Source: an uncultured bacterium
Lineage (GTDB): Bacteria; Chloroflexota; UBA5177; JANWHV01
Assembly: GCA_963827235.1 (NCBI GenBank)
Contig: CAWHAE010000009.1
Location: 160,001-224,000, forward strand
Reading direction: 5' to 3'
DNA length: 64,000 bases
Made by a program: the position numbers and the translations under genes. Shown here in pieces: positions 38,106-47,594 of the stretch. The notes beneath the pieces were generated by a model. It was not told where the DNA came from. It ran no database searches and saw only the letters and a list, made by a program, of their open reading frames with translations. Every line of letters starts with the position of its first letter. The first letter of the stretch is position 1.

Positions 38106-40388
38106 ATGGCCTGGATTGGCCGCTTTGCCGTTCGCTTCCGCTACCCGGTGATCGTCGCCTGGGTGCTGATAACCATTTTCTGCGCGCGCGCCTTCCCTTC
38201 CCTGGGCAGTGTCGTCAACAGCGACAACAGCTCGTTCCTGCCGGCGAGCGCCCCCACCAAGCAGGCTGCCACCCTCGCCACGCCGTTCCAGCCCGCCAAC
38301 CTCTACACGTCGGTGATCGTCGCCGTACGCGCCGATGGACCGCTTACCTCACAGGACCAGGCGGCAATGACTCGGGCGGAGAACAACGCGCAGAAAGTGC
38401 GGCATGTCGCCTTCGTCCACGACCAGAGCATCTCCGCCGACGGCCGCGCTCGCAAGGCGACGATCGGCGTCGACGTTTCTCCGTCCGACAGCCGGGCCGG
38501 CACGGTGATAGACCAGGTGCGCGCGGCGCTGAGCGCCGCACATCCGGGAGCCGGTCTCAACCTCCACCTCACCGGGAACATGGCCAGCAACGTGGACAGC
38601 AAGCGCGCCACCGCCGACGCCAACCAGCGTACGCAGCTCCTGACCAATCTCGTCATCCTGATCATGCTCGTGATCGTCTTCCGCTCCATCCTGGCGCCTA
38701 TCGTCTGCCTGCTGCCGGCCGTTCTCGTTCTCCTCCTGGCCGGCCCAGTGATCGCCCGGGTGTCGTCGATCGGCTTCCAGGTATCCAGCTTCACGCAGGT
38801 CATCCTCACGGTGCTCGTGCTCGGCGCAGGCACCGACTACGGGCTATTCTTGATCCTGCGCGTCCGCGAGGAGATCCAGCGCGGGCATTCGCCGAGCCAG
38901 GCGGTGGTCGAGGCCGTGGACAAGGTAGGCGAGTCGATCAGCTTCTCTGCCGGCACCGTGATCGGCGCTCTGCTCTGCCTCTTGCTCGCCACCTTCGGCG
39001 TCTACCGCGATCTCGGTCCCGGCCTGGCCATCGGCGTGGGCCTTATGCTGCTGGCCGCCCTCACGTTCTTGCCGGCCTTGCTCAGCCTTCTGGGCGGAGG
39101 CGTCTTCTGGCCGATGCGGATCCGGCCCGGCAGCGAGCGTGCCGGCGCCTGGGGCCGCATCGCGGTCAGTATCGTCGGCAGGCCCGTGAGCACGCTCGTC
39201 GGCGGCCTCGTACTCTTTGGTGTACTCGCCGCGCTGGCCCTCGGCTACGCCGCCGGCGGCTTTGCGGCCGGTGCCACCGGTCCGGATGGTAGCGATTCAC
39301 TGCTCGGCTCGCAGGCCCTGAGCGCGCACTATCCTGCCGCCGCGGTCAATCCAACCACCGTTCTGCTGGTCTTCCCCAGCTCGGCCTGGAACGATCTCGG
39401 CCCGGTGCAGGCCGCCGAACAGGCTCTCAGCAAGCAACCCGTCTTCAAGTCCGTCAGCGGCCTGCTTGATCCGAGCGGGACCCCAATCCAGCCCTCGCAG
39501 CTTGCTCAGCTCTACTCCCGGCTCGGTGCCCCCTCAGCCCTGCCGCCGGTCGAGCCTGCGAACATTGCCGCTCAGCTACCGGTTGCCACTTACAACGCCT
39601 ACCGGGCCACCGCGCAGTTCATCAGCGCGGACGGGCGCACGCTGCAGTTCTACACCACCCTGGCGGCCGGCGATCCCGCCGGAACGCCGGCCCTGCAAGC
39701 CATTCCCGGCGTGCGCAGCGCCGTGCAAGGCGTGGCGCGTGCCGCCGGGGCGACCGCGAGCGGCGTGCTCGGCCAGGCCGCCTCGGGATACGACGTTAGC
39801 AGCGCCTCCAACGACGACCTTGTCCACATCGTGCCCGTCGTGATGCTGCTGATCGCCGTACTGCTGGGACTGGTTCTGCGCAGCACGATCGCCCCACTCT
39901 ATCTCGTGCTCAGCGTTGTGATCTCCTTCTTCGCCGCTCTCGGCGTCGCCGTCGTGATCTTCATGCACCTCAAGGGCGACGCGGGCCTGAACTTCGTGCT
40001 GCCTTTCCTGATGTTCGTCTTCTTGATGGCCCTCGGATCGGACTACAACATTCTGGTCATGAGCCGCATTCGCGAGGAATGCGGCAAACGGCGCCTGCAC
40101 GATGCCATTGCCATTGCGCTGAATGCCACCGGCACGACGGTAACCTCCGCGGGCATGATCCTGGCCGCCACCTTCGCCGTGGTTGCCGTGACGGGCTCCT
40201 CCGAGCAGGTGCGGCAGCTCGGCGCCGGTATCGCCTCCGGCGTGCTGCTCGACACCTTCCTGGTCCGCACCCTGCTGGTGCCCTCGATCGTCGTCCTGCT
40301 CGGGCGCTGGAACTGGTGGCCCTCGCCGATGGGCCGCGCGCCGGCACCGGCTCTGCTGAGCGAAAACGAAGCAGTGGCCGTCACCTGA
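38106..40388 (+). CDS. MMPL-family (RND) transporter
   Basis: GAGTDYGLFLILRVREE, ALGSDYNILVMSRIREE, GRWNWWP. Confidence 0.93.
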   Translation: MAWIGRFAVRFRYPVIVAWVLITIFCARAFPSLGSVVNSDNSSFLPASAPTKQAATLATPFQPANLYTSVIVAVRADGPLTSQDQAAMTRAENNAQKVRHVAFVHDQSISADGRARKATIGVDVSPSDSRAGTVIDQVRAALSAAHPGAGLNLHLTGNMASNVDSKRATADANQRTQLLTNLVILIMLVIVFRSILAPIVCLLPAVLVLLLAGPVIARVSSIGFQVSSFTQVILTVLVLGAGTDYGLFLILRVREEIQRGHSPSQAVVEAVDKVGESISFSAGTVIGALLCLLLATFGVYRDLGPGLAIGVGLMLLAALTFLPALLSLLGGGVFWPMRIRPGSERAGAWGRIAVSIVGRPVSTLVGGLVLFGVLAALALGYAAGGFAAGATGPDGSDSLLGSQALSAHYPAAAVNPTTVLLVFPSSAWNDLGPVQAAEQALSKQPVFKSVSGLLDPSGTPIQPSQLAQLYSRLGAPSALPPVEPANIAAQLPVATYNAYRATAQFISADGRTLQFYTTLAAGDPAGTPALQAIPGVRSAVQGVARAAGATASGVLGQAASGYDVSSASNDDLVHIVPVVMLLIAVLLGLVLRSTIAPLYLVLSVVISFFAALGVAVVIFMHLKGDAGLNFVLPFLMFVFLMALGSDYNILVMSRIREECGKRRLHDAIAIALNATGTTVTSAGMILAATFAVVAVTGSSEQVRQLGAGIASGVLLDTFLVRTLLVPSIVVLLGRWNWWPSPMGRAPAPALLSENEAVAVT

Positions 40389-40737
40389 CGGGTGCGCCGC
40401 GGCCCAATACGGTCCCATGGCCGCCGCCGGTGTTCGTTCTCACGCGACCTCACGACCTCATGCGGGTGTTGCATACAAAGTTTGAATAGCTTAAACTAGC
40501 GAATGCCCGAGGATAGGCGCAATCGCGGCGAGTCGCTCTCGGTTGCAGGTGCCGCCCGAGGATTCTAAGCCAATCGAGCTGTGCTTCGTGTATGCTCGCG
40601 GCAAGCGCTGCCTCGTCCGGCGCGCGATACGTTGTACCCGCAGTTTCAACATCCGGCCAGGTAGCGAACGACCGGCGCGAGCACGCGGCGAGGTCCGCCG
40701 GCCGTCCCGCACCGGTAGCGCTGAACAGGGGTATCCT

Positions 40738-41487
40738 ATGCGCGAGGATGGACGCACTCGGTGGTTGGGCTGGGCAAGCAGCGGAGTCGTGGCCGCGCTC
40801 CTTCTCTGCGCCTACGTCCTGGCCGGTGGACTGGGAACCGGGCGGAGCCAGGCAGCGCTCGCCGTCAGCAGAAGCGGCAAGCCTGCCGCCTGGCCGAGCA
40901 TCGTCAGCATCACGATCGCCAATTCCTGCGCCCGCACGCCCTCGATCAGCGGTAGCGTTCAGGTCGAGGCTCAGCCGCAGTTCAGGGGAACGGTGGTGCT
41001 CGGACTGTTCTTCCTGTCGCAGAACGTGCCACACCGCTTTCAGGATACGGGAAGACGAGCCACGGCCGCGTTCAATGGTACGAACACCGCTTCGTATGCC
41101 TTCTCACCGTTCACGCCGGTGCCGGGCTCGCCCGCCTACGTGATCAAGATCCTGCATACCTCGCCCGAGCTTCACGTGCCCGACTCCCTCTCCGAATCGC
41201 TGGCCATTCCCGTTTGCCAGGCCGTCACGGCCACGCAGACGGTTACCTCGACTGTCACTGATACGTCTACGGCCACGCAGACCAGCACGACCACGGTGAT
41301 AAGCACGGCCACGGTGACGAGTGACCAGACGGTCACGGTCACGACGACGACCACGGACTTCGTGACGTTGACGGCCACGTCTCCCACCACGATCACCGTC
41401 ACGACGACCACGACGACGACCACCATTCCGGTTACCTCGACCGTGATCACGACGACGACCACCACTCCGGTTACCACGACGCTCTGA
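40738..41487 (+). CDS. Secreted protein with a Thr-rich C-terminal tail
   Basis: Hydrophobic signal or anchor, a beta-rich domain bracketed by two Cys, and a ~87-aa Thr/Val tail. Confidence 0.75.
   Translation: MREDGRTRWLGWASSGVVAALLLCAYVLAGGLGTGRSQAALAVSRSGKPAAWPSIVSITIANSCARTPSISGSVQVEAQPQFRGTVVLGLFFLSQNVPHRFQDTGRRATAAFNGTNTASYAFSPFTPVPGSPAYVIKILHTSPELHVPDSLSESLAIPVCQAVTATQTVTSTVTDTSTATQTSTTTVISTATVTSDQTVTVTTTTTDFVTLTATSPTTITVTTTTTTTTIPVTSTVITTTTTTPVTTTL
41224..41484 (+). repeat. Low-complexity Thr-rich coding repeat (ACC/ACG)
   Basis: VTATQTVTSTVTDTSTATQT...TTTTTTPVTTTL. Confidence 0.8.
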
Positions 41488-41796
41488 TTCCACCGCGTAG
41501 CCGATACACGGGCAGGTACCACATCGCTACCGTCGCGATCCCGGCCGAGGCTGGAAGCCGTGGACGCAGTTCCGACCGTGACGCGCTGAGCTGCCTGCCA
41601 AGCGCCCAGTGCCGGGTAACAATTCGCGGCCGTCACCTCGCCACGTGCACGGAGACTTGTCGTTGCGGAGGCCAACCTGCTAGCGCTTGATACGCCCGCA
41701 TCCCAGGAACCGATTGGCGAGCCTGGCCCGCAAGAGCCGCCGCTTCCACGGTCCGGGCCGTGGCGGCGCCTGCTGCCCGGACCCGGTCCCGTCCTC

Positions 41797-42999
41797 ATGC
41801 TCGTTCTGCTGTGCACGCTGCTGACCCGCCTGATCTGGCTGCCGCAGCCGTCGGGCGCGCTGATCTTCGACGAGGCCTACTACGTGAATGCCGCCCGCGA
41901 CATCGCGGGCCTACCGGTGCCCGCCGGACAGCCCTACGCCGGACAGCCAACCGGCCGCGATCCCAACCAGGAGCATCCGCCACTCGGCAAGGTACTGATC
42001 GCCGGTTCGATACGCCTGCTCGGCGACGACGCACTCGGCTGGCGCCTGCCCAGCGTGATCGCCGGATTTGCCGCCGTGCTGTTGCTCTACGGCATCGCGC
42101 GAGCGGCAGGGGCCGATCCCTGGCTCGCGGTCACCGCCGCGGCGCTGTTCTCCGCCGACAACCTGTCGCTGGTGCACAGCCGCATCGGCACTCTCGACAT
42201 GATGCTGGTCGCGCTCCTGCTCCTGGGATCCTGGTTCGCGCTCCGCGGCCACCCTCTCCTGGCCGGCATGGCCTGCGCCCTTGCCTCCCTCGTCAAGCTC
42301 ACCGGCGTCTTCGGCCTGCTCGCCCTGGTCCTGCTAGAGATCGTGTCCGCGGCATGGGCCTGGAGGCGACAGGCTCACGGGTGGCTGCGTGCCCGCTTGC
42401 GCGCCGTGGGATTGCTCCTCGTCGGCTTTGCGCCCCTCTGGTTCTTCGGGCTCTGGCTGCTGGACGCGCGGTTCACCGGCTATCGCTTCCCCTGGGACCA
42501 CCTGCACTACATGCTGCGCTACGGCTTCGACCTGGCGCGCCCCGGCGGTCCCCAGGGACAGGAGAGCCAGCCCTGGCAGTGGCTGATCAACGAGGTGCAG
42601 ATGACCTACTTCCGTAGCGACCAACAGGTGATGGTGAACGGGCATCTGCTATCGGACCGTGCGGTGATCTTCTTCCGCGGGGCGATGAACCCTGCCATCA
42701 TCGGCGCCGCGTCCCTTGGCATCGCCTTCGCGTTCTGGCATGCCTGGCAACGCCGTGATCGGCTTTCTCTCTGGATCGTCACCTGGCTCGCGGCTACGTA
42801 TCTGCCGTTTTACCCCCTTGCCATGCTGGGGCACCGCATATCCTATATCTTCTACTTTCTGCCCTCGCTGCCGGCCGTCACGCTCGCCCTCGCCCTGCTC
42901 CTTTGCCGCGGCGGACTGCCGCGGCTCGTCGTCTGGAGCTACCTGATCGTGGTCCTGGTCGGGTTCATCGGCTACTTTCCATTCCGCACCATACCCTGA
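41797..42999 (+). CDS. GT39/PMT-family protein O-mannosyltransferase
   Basis: LIFDEAYYV, EHPPLGKVLIA, GWRLPS, SRIGTLD, SQPWQW, YIFYFLP. Confidence 0.85.
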   Translation: MLVLLCTLLTRLIWLPQPSGALIFDEAYYVNAARDIAGLPVPAGQPYAGQPTGRDPNQEHPPLGKVLIAGSIRLLGDDALGWRLPSVIAGFAAVLLLYGIARAAGADPWLAVTAAALFSADNLSLVHSRIGTLDMMLVALLLLGSWFALRGHPLLAGMACALASLVKLTGVFGLLALVLLEIVSAAWAWRRQAHGWLRARLRAVGLLLVGFAPLWFFGLWLLDARFTGYRFPWDHLHYMLRYGFDLARPGGPQGQESQPWQWLINEVQMTYFRSDQQVMVNGHLLSDRAVIFFRGAMNPAIIGAASLGIAFAFWHAWQRRDRLSLWIVTWLAATYLPFYPLAMLGHRISYIFYFLPSLPAVTLALALLLCRGGLPRLVVWSYLIVVLVGFIGYFPFRTIP

Positions 43000-43088
43000 G
43001 GCGGCTGGAGAATCCCCGTTCCCCGCTCACCCGGGACTGCGGTCCCGCATCCGCTGCCATGACGCAATCGCAGGCTACCGTCCCCTGC

Positions 43089-44471
43089 TCAGCCGGCGGG
43101 GCTCGCCGAACCAAGCTCGTGCAGGATCAGGCCGTAGGCCCGCTTGGCGCGCTCGAAGCTGGCCAGGCGCAGGAACTCGTTCGGCGCGTGGAAGTTCTCG
43201 TCGTCCAGGCCGAAGCCGAACTCTACGGTCGGCGCGCCCAGGATGTTCAGGAACAGCTCGCAGACCGGGATGCTGCCGCCGGAGCGGGTGAGCAACGGCG
43301 TTGTGCCGTAGATCTGGGTCAGTACCCGCGCCGCCACCACGTTGCCCCAATGATCGGCCGCAATGGCATACGGCCTGGCCTGGTTCACCGGCATCTGCAC
43401 GCCGATCTTGACGCCCGGCACCCTCTGCCGCCGGATATGCTCGGCGATCAGCTGTACGATCTCGCTGGGTTCCTGGTTGGGCACCAGGCGGGACGTGATC
43501 TTGGCATGCGCCTCGCCCGGCAGCACCGTCTTCACTCCGTCGCCCTGGAAGCCTCCCCAGATGCCTGAGAACTCCAGGGTCGGGCGCACCCAGCGACGCT
43601 CCATCGGCGTGTAGCCGGGCTCGCCCGGCAGCGCGTCGATCTCCAGGCCGGCCATGAACTCCTGCTCGTCGAACGGGACTTCGGCCAGCGCCTTTCGCTC
43701 GGCGTCCGTGAGCTCGACCACCTTATCGTAGAAGCCCGGCACCAGAATGCGGCCGCCTTCGTCCCGCAGCGAGGCCAGAATCTGCACCAGGGCCGCAATC
43801 GGGTTCGCCACCGCGCCGCCGAAGATGCCCGAGTGGAGATCCTGCTTGGCGCCCTGCACGTCGATCTGTACGGTGCAAAGGCCGCGGCATGCCAGGCACA
43901 GGCTGGGCATATCCTCGCCGAACTGCCCGCCGTCCGCGCTCAGCACCATGTCGCAGGCAAACAGATCGCGTTGCTTGCGAAGAAACGGCGGCACGTCCGG
44001 GCTGCCGATCTCCTCCTGGCCCTCCAGGAAGAACTTCAGGTTGACGGGCACGCCGCCCTCCGACCGCAGCAGTGCCTCGACGGCCAGGATCGGTGCCAGC
44101 ATGTTGCCCTTGTCGTCGCTCGCTCCTCGCGCGTAGATGCGCCCGTCGCGTACCTGGGGCTCAAAGGGTGGGGTGGTCCACAGCGACACCGGATCTACCG
44201 GCTGCACGTCAAAGTGCCCGTAGATCAGCACGGTCGGCTTGCCCGGAGCGTGCAGGTAATCGGCGTAGACCACCGGATGGCCGGCGGTGGGCAGGACGCG
44301 CGCGTGCTCGGCACCCGCCGTCGTCAGGCGGGCGGCCACCCACTCGGCGGCCCGCCGCACATCGCCGGCGTGATCGGGCAGAGCCGAGACGCTCGGTATG
44401 CGCAGAAAGTCGACCAGCTCGTCCATGTGTCGCGACGCGTGCTCTTCCAGATAGGATTCCCATGCGGTCAT
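43089..44471 (-). CDS. M20-family dipeptidase
   Basis: YGHFDVQP, ARGASDDKG, EGQEEIGS, DLHSG, FHAPNE. Confidence 0.93.
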   Translation of the reverse strand: MTAWESYLEEHASRHMDELVDFLRIPSVSALPDHAGDVRRAAEWVAARLTTAGAEHARVLPTAGHPVVYADYLHAPGKPTVLIYGHFDVQPVDPVSLWTTPPFEPQVRDGRIYARGASDDKGNMLAPILAVEALLRSEGGVPVNLKFFLEGQEEIGSPDVPPFLRKQRDLFACDMVLSADGGQFGEDMPSLCLACRGLCTVQIDVQGAKQDLHSGIFGGAVANPIAALVQILASLRDEGGRILVPGFYDKVVELTDAERKALAEVPFDEQEFMAGLEIDALPGEPGYTPMERRWVRPTLEFSGIWGGFQGDGVKTVLPGEAHAKITSRLVPNQEPSEIVQLIAEHIRRQRVPGVKIGVQMPVNQARPYAIAADHWGNVVAARVLTQIYGTTPLLTRSGGSIPVCELFLNILGAPTVEFGFGLDDENFHAPNEFLRLASFERAKRAYGLILHELGSASPAG

Positions 44472-44732
44472 CTCAGCGCTCCTTCATCCCTGCGTATCCC
44501 GTGGCATACTGCTTTCCTTTTCAGGATAGCGCGGCACTCCGAGGCCCCGCACACGGCCGAGAGCACATCCGGCCAGTCAGCCGATTCGTGAGTGCATGGC
44601 AGCTGTCCGTTTGGGCGGACGACTGCCATGCACTCCGCACACCACTTCGAGGGTGTCAACTCCGAATGTTCACACTTACCGCGCCCGCAGTCGCAGGCCG
44701 ATCCCCCACCGCGCCGCGCATTGCGCCCGCGC

Positions 44733-46805
44733 TCAGGCGGTCGCCTCTTCCTCCGGCTGCTCGACCAGCTTTGGCTTGCCGGGTCGAAGCGCCTCGACTG
44801 CCGAGCTCACGCGCGGCGTGTAGAGCGCGATGCGCGACGAGCCGAACACCAGCAGCATCGCGGCACCCACTACCGTGTAGATGCACAATACGGGGATGGC
44901 CGAGCCGAAGTTGTGCCCACCGAAGTACAGCGTATTGCGCAGCAGGGTGTAGCCGGCGGCGTTCGGCAGCCAGGGCCCGATCGCCCGCCAGAATCCCGGC
45001 AGCATCTGCGGCGCGGCGATTCCGCCGGAGGACGGGTTCCCCAGCAGGATGAAGGCAATCAGCGCCACCTGCGTGCCGTACATGCCGATAAGCGCCTGCA
45101 GCCCGGCCGTGGCGCAGGCAGTCGAGAAGACCAGCAGAGTGCCGATCCCGGCCACCGCCCAGAAGTGCTCCGAGGGTATGGGGCCGAAAGCCAGGCCGAT
45201 GCCGGACCCTGCCAGGCCCGAGGCAACCGAACACAGGGCCAGCGCGCCGAGGCGAACCAGCGAGTGCTTGCGCGACCACTGCTTGAATCCGACGATGGTG
45301 GTCACCACCGTGGCCAGGAAGTAGCCGCCGAAAACCCAGCCGATCATCATGTACAGCGAGGACAGACCGGTGGAATCCTGCTGTCGCAGCGGCTTGGCGT
45401 CCGTGACCGTGACCGAGGCATGCTGCGCGGCGGCGAAGAGCTGGCCAAACTCCGCCAGCTCGTGGCTGGCCGTGAAGTTCACCGCGCCCGCCGTGTACAC
45501 GCGCACCGTGGTCAGCGCCTTCGGTGTCCCCGTCATCTGCGGTACCACGTCGAGCACCGTGACGCCGGCGTGCTCCGCGGCCGCGACCTGCCTCCCGGCC
45601 GTCGACACGATCTGGCCGACCGTGGTATCGACGGAGCTGGTGGTAAGGACCTGCACCGACGTCACTGGGCTGCCTGGCCCCGTGGCCACGCTCACTAACG
45701 AAGGCATCGCACGCAGCGTCGAAGCCACCTGCTGTCCGAATCCGGCCACGACCTGGCTCACTGTGTAGTCCAGGCTGGGAGCAGTGAGGATCTGCAGGGA
45801 GGTGAGGCTCTTCGTGGACGCCACCGGCTGCACGTCAACCACCGTGGCGGTGGCGTGCTGCCGGGCCGCAAACTGCTGCCCGAACCCGGCGATGAGCTGG
45901 CTCACCACGTAGTCGTTGCCTGAGGCGGTGAGGATTTGCACGCTGGTCAGGCTGGTGACCACCACGCCGCCGTCCACCGTCTTCGCGGCGATGGCGGATT
46001 TCAATGCCGTCGCACTGGGCAGCACGGTGACGCTGAACAGATGGTTGCTGGCGGCGCCGATCTGCTGGGCCAGCAGCGGCGCGATCAGTGGCGAGGCCAC
46101 GAGGCCGACCGGAATGGTAGCTGGGACCGACACCACCAGGCCGCCGTACACGACCTTCTTCGCCACGTCGGAGCGCAGGACCGCCACGCTGGCTTCGGGC
46201 CGCACGCTGACCAGGCCGCCGGAGGCCGCGCCGATCTGGCTATCGAGCGCCGATGCCATGAGCGAGGGAGCCACCACGCCGATTGCGATGTGCGCCGGCA
46301 GCGAGAGGCTGATACCGCCGTAAACCGTCTGCGAATTGATGTCCGCCTTGAGAGCGGCGGCACTCGACTCGACCCGCACCCTGAGCAGGCCGTTGCTCGC
46401 GCGCTCGATTCCCTGCGCCAGAGTAGCCGTCATGCTGACCGGCGCCGTGATGCCGATCGGGATGCTGCCGGGCACGCTCAGCACGATGCCGCCGTCGACC
46501 TGCTGATTCTCGATCGCGGACTGCAATGCCGTGCTGTCCGTCACTGCGCTGGCCTTGAGCTCGTGCTGGCTGGCCGTGTCGATGGCCGAGATGAGCGCGG
46601 CGCTCATGGAAGACGGGGCCACCACGCCGATCGGCATGTCCTGTGGCTTCGGGTCGTGAAGGGCCCCCACGTAGGAGGCCGAGAAGATCAGCGGCACCAC
46701 CACGCCCACCGCGAGGACGACCGCTGTGATCGGCGAGAACAAGGGGTGGCGCTTCTCGGCGCCGAGGCCGGATCGGCCTCTGCGGCCGGCAAACTGCAGG
46801 CTCAT
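44733..46805 (-). CDS. DUF3533/ABC-2-type permease with an internally quadruplicated ectodomain
   Basis: N-terminal TM plus SYVGALHDPKP; C-terminal GWVFGGY and LGNPSSGG TM region; 4 A-type and 4 B-type repeats between them. Confidence 0.85.
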   Translation of the reverse strand: MSLQFAGRRGRSGLGAEKRHPLFSPITAVVLAVGVVVPLIFSASYVGALHDPKPQDMPIGVVAPSSMSAALISAIDTASQHELKASAVTDSTALQSAIENQQVDGGIVLSVPGSIPIGITAPVSMTATLAQGIERASNGLLRVRVESSAAALKADINSQTVYGGISLSLPAHIAIGVVAPSLMASALDSQIGAASGGLVSVRPEASVAVLRSDVAKKVVYGGLVVSVPATIPVGLVASPLIAPLLAQQIGAASNHLFSVTVLPSATALKSAIAAKTVDGGVVVTSLTSVQILTASGNDYVVSQLIAGFGQQFAARQHATATVVDVQPVASTKSLTSLQILTAPSLDYTVSQVVAGFGQQVASTLRAMPSLVSVATGPGSPVTSVQVLTTSSVDTTVGQIVSTAGRQVAAAEHAGVTVLDVVPQMTGTPKALTTVRVYTAGAVNFTASHELAEFGQLFAAAQHASVTVTDAKPLRQQDSTGLSSLYMMIGWVFGGYFLATVVTTIVGFKQWSRKHSLVRLGALALCSVASGLAGSGIGLAFGPIPSEHFWAVAGIGTLLVFSTACATAGLQALIGMYGTQVALIAFILLGNPSSGGIAAPQMLPGFWRAIGPWLPNAAGYTLLRNTLYFGGHNFGSAIPVLCIYTVVGAAMLLVFGSSRIALYTPRVSSAVEALRPGKPKLVEQPEEEATA

Positions 46806-46810
46806 GGTTG

Positions 46811-47506
46811 CTAGTCTCCCTCTGCTATGGATGACTGAGCGGGATGTCTCTCAATGCCGTTCAGGATGAGCTGAACGATCTGCTCACGGGCTCTGTCAAG
46901 CGCCTCGGTGGACGAGAAGTCCATGCCAGGGAAGTCGAGCTCGCTCTTGGGAACGAACCACTGGTGAAGCAGCGCGATATACAATGCGTCCGAGATCAGC
47001 ATGGGCATGTCGATTTCCTCGCGCAGCACGTGCGCGGCCTGTGCCTGGACCAGGAACAGGCTGGCCGGCCGCAGCCACCAGGACTGCTCGGTGTCCGCCT
47101 GTACCAGGGAGTAGGTGGACCAGCCCTCCGCTGCCTCCCAGGCCAGAATGCGCCTGTAGGTGACGTGCCGGAGGAAATAGTCGAAGACCCAGCGCAGCGT
47201 CGTGCCGAGCACCGCGCGCACCGTGTCCATCTCGCCCGCGGATGCCGTGCTGGACTCGAAAAGCGGGGCCAGGTCGCGGCCGAACGAGGCCTCCGTCGTG
47301 GCTTTGATGCGCAGCACCACGGCGCGATAGAGACCCAGCTTGTCCGTGAAATAGCGGAAGATCAGGCCGTTGTTGTAGCCCGATGCCGCCGCGATGGCCT
47401 CGATGCGCGCTCCGGCAAACCCATGCTGGGCGAAGGCTTCCTCGGCGGCGTTCAAGATAGCCGCCCGTGTGGCCTCCGGATCGCGGGGCCGGCCCTTTGC
47501 CGTCAT
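46811..47506 (-). CDS. TetR-family regulator
   Basis: ILNAAEEAFAQHGFAGARIEAIAAASGYNNGLIFRYF. Confidence 0.93.
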   Translation of the reverse strand: MTAKGRPRDPEATRAAILNAAEEAFAQHGFAGARIEAIAAASGYNNGLIFRYFTDKLGLYRAVVLRIKATTEASFGRDLAPLFESSTASAGEMDTVRAVLGTTLRWVFDYFLRHVTYRRILAWEAAEGWSTYSLVQADTEQSWWLRPASLFLVQAQAAHVLREEIDMPMLISDALYIALLHQWFVPKSELDFPGMDFSSTEALDRAREQIVQLILNGIERHPAQSSIAEGD

Positions 47507-47525
47507 CGCCGCTCCCTCCTTCGTA

Positions 47526-47571
47526 AGTAAGTAGATACCTACATACTATATCTTGCAAGAGCGGTTGTCAA
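47526..47571 (-). promoter_or_regulatory. Promoter and TetR-type operator
   Basis: Minus strand TTGACA followed by a TATAGT/TAGTAT -10 element; inverted repeat AGTAAGTAG-N4-CTACATACT at 47526-47547. Confidence 0.65.
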
Positions 47572-47594
47572 GAGGGGGCGTCGGCCTTGCCGCC

